Below, piece after piece: positions 24,925-33,338 of a stretch of 33,338 bases of DNA. The DNA is taken from the NCBI GenBank assembly GCA_043820105.1, contig JBDREC010000090.1, forward strand, positions 186,001 through 219,338. Reading direction: 5' to 3'. Position numbers and translations under genes: made by a program. The stretch's first letter is position 1. The number at the start of each line of letters is the position of its first letter. Origin of the DNA: Pseudomonadota bacterium (GTDB lineage Bacteria > Bdellovibrionota_F > JAHFAK01 > JBDREC01). Under the pieces are notes generated by a model. That model saw nothing but the letters and a program-made list of their open reading frames with translations, ran no database searches and was not told the origin of the DNA.

Positions 24925-26492
24925 ATGAGGGGAAGGAGAAATACCCGAATTTTGGTGAATTTGATTTGTATTTTTTTTTAATTTTTACTTTAAATAATGA
25001 GCTAGGTCTTGGTAAGAATTTAAAAGAGGTTTTAGGAGCTGTAAAATGGGAGGCTTCAGGACAAACTTTGGACCTTCAATTAGAGGCTTTACAGCTTGTC
25101 TTATCTCAGCACCTTGATAAGTCTGAAGTTCGTGAATATTTAATGAAACGCAAAGGTGCAATATTAGAACTAGGAGTAAATTCTGAGAAAGCTATTTTCT
25201 GTTATGTTAGAACTATGAGTTCACGAGATTTAGCTGGAGAAGAAGCTTCTAACATTTTGCAGGATGTCTTAAGAAGTGAACTTAGTGATTCTGTTAAGAT
25301 TGAAGCATTAAAGGGTTTAAGATTCCCCCTGAATGCTTCAGAAAAAGCCCTTGAAACTATTGTTGAAAGAGGCTTGCATGCAAGTGAGGCTGTTCAAATC
25401 GTAGCCTTAGAAACCATGGCAAATGATGCTTATATTATGATGCGCATGATGGAACATGCATCGTTTTTAGAATTACTTCACATTGTGGAAAATAATTATC
25501 TGAACCACTCTGATCCAAATCTTAGAAGAGTATCAATTTTACTTATTCACTATTTTTCAAGAAATCAGGAATCTTTTTCTTATGAAATCTTTAGAAAAAG
25601 AGTTGAGCTTGAAAAAGTTCCAATAATTAAAGATATACTAAAAAGGGCAGTCCTAATTTCGGCTCTACGCTATGCTGGAAATGAACCAGCTTTTTTTGAA
25701 ATAGCTCTTATCCTGGAAATAGATTTGTTTGATAGATTGGAAAGTGAAAATCCATTTCTAAGATCAAGATCAAATCCAATATCTCATATTAGAGTTTTGA
25801 ACAGCCAATTTGTGGAGTCCATTACAATAGGTAAACTAAGAGAAGCAATAAGACTCTTAAAACAAAACCTTATAAATGATCGAGTTGTTAATGTTTCAGT
25901 AGGTGATAATACAAGGGCTTTAATGTGGACTTTTGATTTCCATTCTTTTCTTTATTTACTTGTAGATGTTCTTGAAAAAAAACTTACTGATATTGAAAGT
26001 TTAAAGGGGGAAGCATTATCAAGAAAGCTTCAAATGACTATATTCATACTTGGTGGAGTTGATTCATTAAAAAGAAGGCGCGTTATAAAGCCTGCGGAAA
26101 GCTTAGAGTTTCATGCTTTTGTTACAAATGATGTTGATGCAAAATATGAAGAGTTATTAAGAGGTAGGTTAAAGGGGTATGAAGCTACTGAAGCTGACCT
26201 GGGTATTGATAAAGAATCTATTGTAAAGGGAAAAGAAGCAGTGCTTTTGGATTTTGCAGAGGATCTGCTTAGAAGGCAAGGCAAAATTACTGAAGTCTTA
26301 TCGGATTTTGATTCTTTGTTAGATGCAAGAAGTGAAAGACCAATTGCTGAAGAAAAAAAGAGCGGGAGAGATATATGGATATTTGAAAAAATGACAGGAG
26401 CCCCAATATCTGTTGGAACGGGAGATCTGAAAAATAAAAAGGACCCAACAAAGAAAAGAGCAAGAAGAAAAATAAGAGATATGAAAAAGTGA
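24925..26492 (+). CDS. Exported HEAT-like helical protein with conserved basic C-terminal module; frameshifted at a T9 tract (24971-24979)
   Basis: ATG 24925 gives MRGRRNTRILVNLICIFF*; one extra T fuses it to ORF 24966-26492 and creates a signal peptide. HEAT-like segments (SDSVKIEALKGL, SEAVQIVALETM, SDPNLRRVSILL). Confidence 0.65.
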
Positions 26493-26522
26493 GTCTGGTT
26501 TGTAGTCAATCCTTTTATTTTG

Positions 26523-26544
26523 CTTACTATCTTACGACTTATGA
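26523..26544. repeat. Degenerate heptamer array before an RBS
   Basis: CTTACTAT CTTACGA CTTATGA, same family as 10377-10425. Confidence 0.6.
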
Positions 26545-26565
26545 CCCATTAATTGGAGTGTAAAA

Positions 26566-27087
26566 ATGAAAAAAATGTTAGTAATATTATTATTGTTTCT
26601 GCAAACAATAACTTATGGAATTTCAGAAACACAGAGTGGAGCAGGGGATGAATTAGGAGTAAAGGCTGAATTGGCTTTCCTGAGAAATGCTACAATTTTA
26701 CTTGCTAGCAAAATTAAACTTATAAGAATTTATTTTCATGCCATAGACCCAAAAGAACCTTTAAACACTTTTCAAAAATTCGATGAACTTTTGCAAAGAG
26801 TAGGTGGGCAAGAACCTAGAACTGAATCAACTTCAAGAATGTCAAGAGCAGAAAGAACAGAACATTTCAGGATTTTTACAGACCATGTTTTAGGTCTGTA
26901 TGCTGTTCAGGTAAGTCAGCCAGAAAGACCTGCCATTGAGTCACTTCCTCGTGGAAGAGAAATAAGGATTTTTGAAACCTTAACAGGTGCACCTATTAAA
27001 ATTGGTGAAAAGCATCCTGAAAGAGTTACTGATCCAGCTAGAAAAAGAGCTCGAGGAAGAAGCCCTGCAAAAAAAGCAAAAAAATAA
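26566..27087 (+). CDS. Exported protein sharing the C-terminal module with the upstream gene
   Basis: GGAG RBS, signal peptide MKKMLVILLLFLQTITYG, C terminus ERP...GREIRIFETLTGAPI...DPARKRARGRSPAKKAKK. Confidence 0.8.
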   Translation: MKKMLVILLLFLQTITYGISETQSGAGDELGVKAELAFLRNATILLASKIKLIRIYFHAIDPKEPLNTFQKFDELLQRVGGQEPRTESTSRMSRAERTEHFRIFTDHVLGLYAVQVSQPERPAIESLPRGREIRIFETLTGAPIKIGEKHPERVTDPARKRARGRSPAKKAKK

Positions 27088-27099
27088 AGGAATAAAAAA

Positions 27100-27214
27100 A
27101 TGGATAGAAAAATGCACAATAAAATTCTGCTGTATGTAATAAGGATGTTTTTTATATTCAGCGCAAAGTTATGATAATGGCTGAAATGCTCCTGTCAAAA
27201 AAGCTAAGAAGTAA
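27100..27214 (+). pseudogene. Possible relic of a third paralog (signal peptide plus tail, core deleted)
   Basis: MDRKMHNKILLYVIRMFFIFSAKL* followed in another frame by GCT CCT GTC AAA AAA GCT AAG AAG TAA (APVKKAKK*), matching SPAKKAKK* of the previous gene. Confidence 0.45.
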
Positions 27215-27402
27215 AGTTAGCTTATTTTAATTCTCTTTTAAATATTCTTTTTAAAATCTTGATGCCAGATTTGCTTAAGACATGGGGTAAATAAATCTCA
27301 CACACAGAGAAAATTTTATTAAATTCATAGATTTGAAAAAAAGAATTTCAAAAGAGTTCATGTAACGCATAGAAATAAAAGAAATAAAACTTGCAGGTGC
27401 CC

Positions 27403-27418
27403 TGGCACATGCCTTGCT
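27403..27418 (+). promoter_or_regulatory. Sigma54 (-24/-12) promoter
   Basis: TGGCAC-atgcc-TTGCT, a consensus match about 70 bp upstream of ATG 27488. Confidence 0.8.
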
Positions 27419-27487
27419 TTTAAATCTAATCGTATCATCTTAACAATTTTGCAAATAACTTTCATTAGAAATAATCAGGAGTAATGT

Positions 27488-30400
27488 ATGATTTTTAATA
27501 ATCAAAGAAATAAAAATATTATCATATTAATAGGTGTAATTTGTTCTATATTTTCTAGAATAGCTTTTTCTTCAGATGATAGTTTAAGAAGACCTGGGCA
27601 AGAAGGCCCCACTGGTATGGCCGGTATAGAATTGCCAATTGAGTTAATTGAGGCTTTTGATAGTGAAGGCCTTCTTAGAGCTGAAAGCAGGGAAGAAAAA
27701 AATGCAGCTGGCCGTTATGTTGAACATGTTTCATCAATTGTAATGATGATCGGTGCTTTAACAGTTTCAGCTGGTTTTAATGAATATGTTGAAAGTGTAA
27801 GGCTTCTTGAACAAAGAGAACCATCTTTTATGGAAAAAGTCAGTTATGTCTCAGAAGCTTTATATACAAATCTTTTTGATGTTGAGTTCATGGGAATGCT
27901 TCATGGAGCAATAGTAGCAGAAGGCATTGTAGGCACCGCCAAATCAGCAGGATCAGAAGTTTTACCAAAAGTAGCTGAAGAAACACAAAGAGCATGGGTG
28001 AATATGATAATGTCCACAGCTGGTCGATTTGGTCTTGCAACTTTAGTTACTCATCTTTTGCACACTGCATACACTTTTGCATATTGGGAATTTTTTGGCG
28101 AATGGATTCATCTTGGTATGCATGAAACAGAAGTCCAATTAATGGGTTCAGATTTAGAAGTGAACTGGGAAGAGTTTCATAATATAACTTATTTATTCAT
28201 TGCTAGACCTGATATTGGCAAAATATTTTTGAAAAATATGGTTTCAATTGTTGCAAAAAGTGAAACTAGAAGACTCCTTGTTTATAATACTTGGAGACGA
28301 GGAATTTTTACAGGTGATTTTGCTGTTTTAGTATCATGCCTTGTTTTATCAGGTATAGCTATAGATAAAGTTTTTCCATTGAATAAGGCCAAAACATCAG
28401 TTGTTTGGGGTCTAAAAGTAACAAAAGCTGATAAAAGACTTTTGCGTAGGATTTTTTCTGGATACTATGGTTTTACACTTCTTGATAAGGTGCCAGAGTC
28501 ATCGATTTTAAGTTTGGATTATTTATTAAAAGGTTATAGAAGTTTTAAACATGATAAGAAGTACTATCATAATAATCAAGAAATTGAAGCTTATTTATAT
28601 GACTTAGTTTCTGGAAATGATAAGAAAAGAGCTAAAGAAAATTTAAAAGAAACCATTGAGAAAAGAAAGCGAATCAGAGAAAAAGCTATCTCTCCAACAA
28701 TTGAACTCTATGCTCAGCTAACAAGAACTGTTGCTATGCTTAAGTCAGAAATTAATGCAAGAGAATATATCAAAAAACATAAATTAAGTAAAACAAGCAA
28801 AACTTTATTAGAAAAGTATATTGATTTTGAAAAAGAGGCTTTTGCATTTATTTTAAAAAACAACCCTGTATCAAGTCCATTTTATAAAGCTCATTCAATG
28901 CTTTTTCCTATTATTCAAGAAACAGGTATTTTCGAAGATTTTGGATTAAGCCCAGATGAGCAAAAAGTTTATTATGACTTGTGTGAAGAGCTTTCAGATC
29001 TAAAAAAGAGTTTAAAAAAATATTTAATAAGCATTTCTGCTCTTGAACAAGGTATGATTCAAGGTTATTTTGATGAAGAAATGTTTTTGTCTGGATTAAT
29101 TGGAAAACAAAGAGACTATATACAAGATGAGCGTTTCAATCCTTATCAAGAGATTTCCAAGTATGGTTTAACAAGTAAACTTGGAGAAAGATTTACCTCT
29201 TTTGCTAAAATGTACGAAGAAGAGGCATTGGAATGTGAAGTTAGAGTTGATGAAATATCTGCACTCTTATTAGATGAAGAAAGGGAAGATTGGTTTTTAC
29301 AACCAGAAAAAATTAATTTTTTGCCTGATAAAAATAATTCTTGCTTAGAAGATCTTTTTGCTAAAATACTTGACGGTAAAGTTCGATATGATGAAGATTT
29401 AAATGAGTTTAGATTTTCTATAGCTGAAGCAAGGCATATGGCTTCTGTTGCGCGTAGCTCTGTAACACTTATACCAAAAATATCTGGAAGTAATAATGGT
29501 CTTGCCTTTCGTTTTTGGAAAGTAAAAGCCTTTATTCAAGAAGATGAAAATAAAGATTTATTGGATTTTTTAAATGATAATATTCAAGACATTAGAAATT
29601 ATTATGCTACTTTTAAGCTGTTGTTTAGACAAAATCATGAAAGAATTAGAATTACTGATAAATATGAAAAAATTCATCAAGAAGCAATGCTTGCTGAAAT
29701 GGCTGCTATAAAAGAAGATTTCGAAAAATTAGATTATAAGGAAAAGCAAGAAGCAAAAATGGCCATATATGGGGATATATTAACCCGATATGCTCCAAGT
29801 GAAGAAGAGGAAAAACTTGAATGGCAAGTAAACCAGATTTTCACAAAATTTGATTTGCTTGGTTATAGAGAAGCCATTTTAGATCCAAGTGAGTTAGACC
29901 TTATTGATAAAATGCAGGATAATATAAATGAAGGTTTAATTGTAAAAAATTATGAAAAACCTGATAAAAAGAATTATGTTACTGTTTCAGATAAACAAAA
30001 TATGGGAAACATGGATCTTTGGTATCATTTAGATGCTTACATGGATTATCTACAATCACCAGAAAAAGTTGTTGAATTTAGAGATGGCTTGCTAGAAAAA
30101 TTTAAACAAGAAGAACATATCGCATTTTTCTATGGTATAGAAGACTTGATTAAAAGAATGAAACATAAGCTCATTAAAAAAGATGAAGATGGGAAATTTA
30201 AATTCCAGATTGAAAATGTACGCTTCGCAGGCATTGGATGGAAAAACCTTATTAGAGATTCTGAAAGTCTTGACACTTTTGCAAGCTTAGAAAGTTATTA
30301 TAATGAAAATGAAAAATTATTTATTTCATCTCCATTATTGCAAGCAACATATTTTAGCATTAGTCAGAAAGCTCTGACTGATGGAGTTACTATAATACCA

Positions 30401-30751
30401 TCATTTGCACAAATGATATTAGAAAGTCCTGTGAAATTAGGTGAAATGAATACTTTACAACTAAGGCTGGATATTAATTCTGAAAAATATAAGGAATACA
30501 TTGTAAGTCTTATTGAAACAACAAAAAATCTTCCACCTCTTGATTTATTTTATATTTTAAATGCAGTTGAAAATAATTTGCCTGGCTATATTCAATCTCC
30601 TGACTTTCTAAATTTCTTGGACAAAACAGAATTTTTCAAAGAAAGCTTAAGGATTATCGGATCTCTTGTTTATGGAGGAGTTGAAAGTCCAATGAATGTG
30701 CTAATGGATGCATATTCGTTGTATAATTTATTTTTTGTAGAAGGTGCATAA
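27488..30751 (+). CDS. Large hypothetical exported/membrane protein (1087 aa)
   Basis: AGGAG RBS, signal peptide, Gly/Ala-rich hydrophobic helices in the first ~300 aa, then charged helical/coiled-coil regions. Confidence 0.8.
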   Translation: MIFNNQRNKNIIILIGVICSIFSRIAFSSDDSLRRPGQEGPTGMAGIELPIELIEAFDSEGLLRAESREEKNAAGRYVEHVSSIVMMIGALTVSAGFNEYVESVRLLEQREPSFMEKVSYVSEALYTNLFDVEFMGMLHGAIVAEGIVGTAKSAGSEVLPKVAEETQRAWVNMIMSTAGRFGLATLVTHLLHTAYTFAYWEFFGEWIHLGMHETEVQLMGSDLEVNWEEFHNITYLFIARPDIGKIFLKNMVSIVAKSETRRLLVYNTWRRGIFTGDFAVLVSCLVLSGIAIDKVFPLNKAKTSVVWGLKVTKADKRLLRRIFSGYYGFTLLDKVPESSILSLDYLLKGYRSFKHDKKYYHNNQEIEAYLYDLVSGNDKKRAKENLKETIEKRKRIREKAISPTIELYAQLTRTVAMLKSEINAREYIKKHKLSKTSKTLLEKYIDFEKEAFAFILKNNPVSSPFYKAHSMLFPIIQETGIFEDFGLSPDEQKVYYDLCEELSDLKKSLKKYLISISALEQGMIQGYFDEEMFLSGLIGKQRDYIQDERFNPYQEISKYGLTSKLGERFTSFAKMYEEEALECEVRVDEISALLLDEEREDWFLQPEKINFLPDKNNSCLEDLFAKILDGKVRYDEDLNEFRFSIAEARHMASVARSSVTLIPKISGSNNGLAFRFWKVKAFIQEDENKDLLDFLNDNIQDIRNYYATFKLLFRQNHERIRITDKYEKIHQEAMLAEMAAIKEDFEKLDYKEKQEAKMAIYGDILTRYAPSEEEEKLEWQVNQIFTKFDLLGYREAILDPSELDLIDKMQDNINEGLIVKNYEKPDKKNYVTVSDKQNMGNMDLWYHLDAYMDYLQSPEKVVEFRDGLLEKFKQEEHIAFFYGIEDLIKRMKHKLIKKDEDGKFKFQIENVRFAGIGWKNLIRDSESLDTFASLESYYNENEKLFISSPLLQATYFSISQKALTDGVTIIPSFAQMILESPVKLGEMNTLQLRLDINSEKYKEYIVSLIETTKNLPPLDLFYILNAVENNLPGYIQSPDFLNFLDKTEFFKESLRIIGSLVYGGVESPMNVLMDAYSLYNLFFVEGA

Positions 30752-30783
30752 AATTCCAAGAAAATCCAAATTAACATTTTAAC

Positions 30784-30825
30784 TTGACAGAAATGCCTAA
30801 TATGACTATAATTATAGTCATATTA
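30784..30825 (+). promoter_or_regulatory. Consensus sigma70 promoter overlapped by a perfect 28-bp palindromic operator
   Basis: TTGACA(30784)-N17-TATAAT(30807); palindrome TAATATGACTATAATTATAGTCATATTA at 30798-30825. Confidence 0.9.
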
Positions 30826-30846
30826 TGAGAATTGTGTGAGGTGATC

Positions 30847-31179
30847 TTGGATAATATTAATGAGATAGAAAGCTATTCAATTGCTGAAACCAAAGCAAAA
30901 CTTTCTGAAAAAATCAAAAGATGTAATGATAATAATAGAAAATTTTTAATTACAAATCATGGCAAACCAGTTGCTGTAATGCTTTCCTATAAAGAATTTC
31001 TAGCGCTATCTGGTAAACCAAAGATGAGGCAAAGAAAAATAGATTATAATGAGTGGCTTGAAGATAAAGGTAATCGGCAAGAGATTGTTGATTCTGTTTC
31101 AAGCTTATTTAATTCTGAAAAACTAACAAGAAAAGGCCAAAAAGGGTATAAAAATGAAAAGGTCAAACAAGCTAAGTAA
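30847..31179 (+). CDS. Phd/YefM family antitoxin (likely TTG start at 30847)
   Basis: YSIAETKAKLSE...FLITNHGKPVAVMLSYKEF; GAGGTG RBS. Confidence 0.88.
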   Translation: MDNINEIESYSIAETKAKLSEKIKRCNDNNRKFLITNHGKPVAVMLSYKEFLALSGKPKMRQRKIDYNEWLEDKGNRQEIVDSVSSLFNSEKLTRKGQKGYKNEKVKQAK

Positions 31180-31801
31180 AATAAAGAATGAAATTATTAA
31201 AATTAGTAAATTAAAGAATAAAGAACAAACACAAATAAAACTAGCTTTGCTTATTTCTGAGGCTTTGAAATTAATTGGTATTAATCCTATTCTTGTTGGA
31301 GGAGCAGCAGTCGCCTTTTATTCAAATAACCAATATACAACTCATGACATAGATATGATCGTTCCATTTAATAAGGAGCTCAATGCTCTAATGAAAGAGA
31401 TTGGTTTCGACAAACTAGGCAAAGATTTTGTTAATAAAGATTTAAATCTATATGTTGAGTTTCCGAGTTCTTCATTGGGTCCAACTGAAATATATGATAA
31501 ACTAATAATTAATGGTATAGAATTATTAATAATTTCAATTGAAGATTTAATTGTTGACCGTCTTTGTGCTTTTAAATTTTGGAAATCTCAAATCGATGGA
31601 ATTAATGCCTTGATTCTTCTAGAAATAGGTCGAGATGATACTGCCAGGACTGAAGAAAGAGCAAGGCAAGAAGATGTTCTGGATGCATTAGATTATCTAA
31701 TTTCAGTTCAAAAAAAGATTATCAGGAAAAAACTGTCTAAAGATGAGGCAAGTGAATTAATTCAGAAATATTCTCAAAATAAAAAAATTAAAAAAGCTTA
31801 A
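31154..31801 (+). CDS. Pol-beta superfamily nucleotidyltransferase (DUF6036/AbiEii-like)
   Basis: ILVGGAAVAFY-x5-TTHDID and SIEDLIVDRL motifs; overlaps the antitoxin gene by 26 bp. Confidence 0.75.
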   Translation: MKRSNKLSKIKNEIIKISKLKNKEQTQIKLALLISEALKLIGINPILVGGAAVAFYSNNQYTTHDIDMIVPFNKELNALMKEIGFDKLGKDFVNKDLNLYVEFPSSSLGPTEIYDKLIINGIELLIISIEDLIVDRLCAFKFWKSQIDGINALILLEIGRDDTARTEERARQEDVLDALDYLISVQKKIIRKKLSKDEASELIQKYSQNKKIKKA

Positions 31802-31931
31802 TACAATAGTAACAATCTTAAGAACTTTTATTATGTTTTTTATCCAGTGCCAGTGGTCTTTGGACCTCAAAATGAATATAAAGCAAAAAAAATCATTTAC
31901 TATTTTTATATTCTTTTCTAAACTCTTTTTC

Positions 31932-32954
31932 ATGAAGCATAACTTAAAAAATATCTTATTTGTTCAAATGGGTGGAATAGGCAATATGGTAATGCTTACT
32001 CCAACGATTCAATTGTTCATGGAGAAATATCCTGATGCAAAACTTCATTTTTTAGTATCAAAGACTGGAAATAAGCTCGTTATTGAAAAAAATCCACAGC
32101 TTGGTCAGATTATTGAATTAGATAGCAATCTAATGAATTTCACTAAATTAATAATGCGAATTAAAAAATTGAATTGTGAGCTAATGTTTATTTCAGCTAG
32201 AACCAATATTTTAAAATCTGCAATTTTAGGGATTTTATCTGGAATTAAATATCGGCTTGGAGAAAATCGAGGCTTAGCTGCTAAGCTTTTGAATGTAAAA
32301 AATGAGGTTGATACAAACCTTCATGATGTAATGGTAAATATAAATTTAGCTAGAAATTTTATAGATTCAGAAGAGGTCCCAGATACAATATTATGGACAT
32401 GTGAAAAAGATAGAACTGAAGCTCAAGAATTTATAAAATCTAATAGAAAACTAATTGGCATTCATCCTGGCTCTGGTCCCTTTATGGGCTACAAGAGATG
32501 GCCACTTGAAAACTTTATAGAACTTATTAAAAAACTAATAACTTTGCATCCAGCTTATGATATCGTTATTTTTGGAGGTAAAGAAGAAGAAGCCTTTGCA
32601 GAAAAAATTCGAAATAATGTCAAAGATGCTGACAGGCTAATTAGTGCTTGTGGAAAGCTTTCTTTAAGAGCTAGTTTTGAGTTAATGAAAAAGTGTGAAC
32701 TTTTTATAACAAATGACTCAGGACCAATGCACTTAGCCTCTGCCTCAGGAACCAAAATTTTGGCTTTATTTGGACCAACATCTGAAAAAATATCAGGTCC
32801 ATGGGGAAAAGGTCATACTATAATTAGAAGTAAGCTTGATTGCAGTCCTTGCTATTATAACAAAGAAATAAAATGTGAGCATTATGCTTGTATGAAAAAA
32901 ATTGACGTTGATACTGTTTATCAAAAGTGTCTGGTCAAAAAAGGATCCAATTAG
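31932..32954 (+). CDS. Glycosyltransferase family 9 (LPS heptosyltransferase-like; start likely ATG 31932)
   Basis: GGIGNMVMLTP, IGIHPGS-x5-KRWP, TNDSGPMHLA, ALFGPT, CSPC...CM. Confidence 0.93.
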   Translation: MKHNLKNILFVQMGGIGNMVMLTPTIQLFMEKYPDAKLHFLVSKTGNKLVIEKNPQLGQIIELDSNLMNFTKLIMRIKKLNCELMFISARTNILKSAILGILSGIKYRLGENRGLAAKLLNVKNEVDTNLHDVMVNINLARNFIDSEEVPDTILWTCEKDRTEAQEFIKSNRKLIGIHPGSGPFMGYKRWPLENFIELIKKLITLHPAYDIVIFGGKEEEAFAEKIRNNVKDADRLISACGKLSLRASFELMKKCELFITNDSGPMHLASASGTKILALFGPTSEKISGPWGKGHTIIRSKLDCSPCYYNKEIKCEHYACMKKIDVDTVYQKCLVKKGSN

Positions 32955-33338
32955 AGTAAAAAAAGAACTGAAATATTAGCACAATATGTTGGGACAGGCT
33001 ATCCTCAGTTATTCTAAAAAAACTTCTGAAAATCATGACTTTAACTTAAAAAATACAAAACCATTATTATAACACGCCGCATTGTAAGGACTTTTTCCAA
33101 ATCTTAAGCTGGTATTAAATTTGCGATAGATAAAGCCAATATAAAAATTAGCAACTTTAAGGCAAAAATGGGATTATTAAAATTAAACATTATAAAACCT
33201 AAATTAGGCGATTTTATTTTGGCTGCATAATAAATAGGCATAAAAGTTAAAAAAAGATGTTAATCGATGAGAATTTTTCATTAGAGCAATAATTATTCAA
33301 AAGCCGGCAATAAATTTTGTAAACTTTCCCGAAATTTT

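Noticed and set aside
27252-27267. Second sigma54 promoter on the minus strand (TGGCATCAAGATTTTA)
   Set aside because: The -12 GC is missing and there is no downstream gene on that strand.
32955-33338. CDS at the right edge
   Set aside because: The frames I translated are interrupted by stops and show no recognisable motif.

Overview
AT-rich bacterial chromosomal window, probably from an anaerobic diderm (LPS glycosyltransferase, beta-barrel protein, multiheme cytochrome, sigma54 promoters). Housekeeping and metabolic genes: ppiC (partial), hemolysin III, Fe-S flavoprotein, AI-2E transporter, RRM protein, a 1400-aa acyl-CoA dehydratase activase, a Crp/Fnr regulator with its ferredoxin target, thiGHSE, hisS and a GT9 enzyme. 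These are mixed with many orphan exported proteins. Highlights: (1) an intact arsR-hgcA-hgcB mercury-methylation operon. (2) Tandem exported orphans that share a conserved ~50-aa C-terminal module ending in a basic tail; one is frameshifted at a poly-T tract in its signal peptide, a third copy survives as a relic, and a 1087-aa sigma54-driven membrane protein follows. (3) About ten 7-8-bp tandem-repeat arrays at gene boundaries with apparent strand polarity, one forming a ~115-bp inverted repeat. (4) A Phd-type antitoxin paired with a nucleotidyltransferase under a perfect 28-bp palindromic operator. (5) A 126-127-bp nested palindromic element inserted in a decayed Cys-rich peptide gene. (6) A hexaheme lipoprotein cytochrome next to a beta-barrel protein. 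No rRNA, tRNA, CRISPR array or transposase was seen. All family assignments come from motif recognition by eye; no searches were run.
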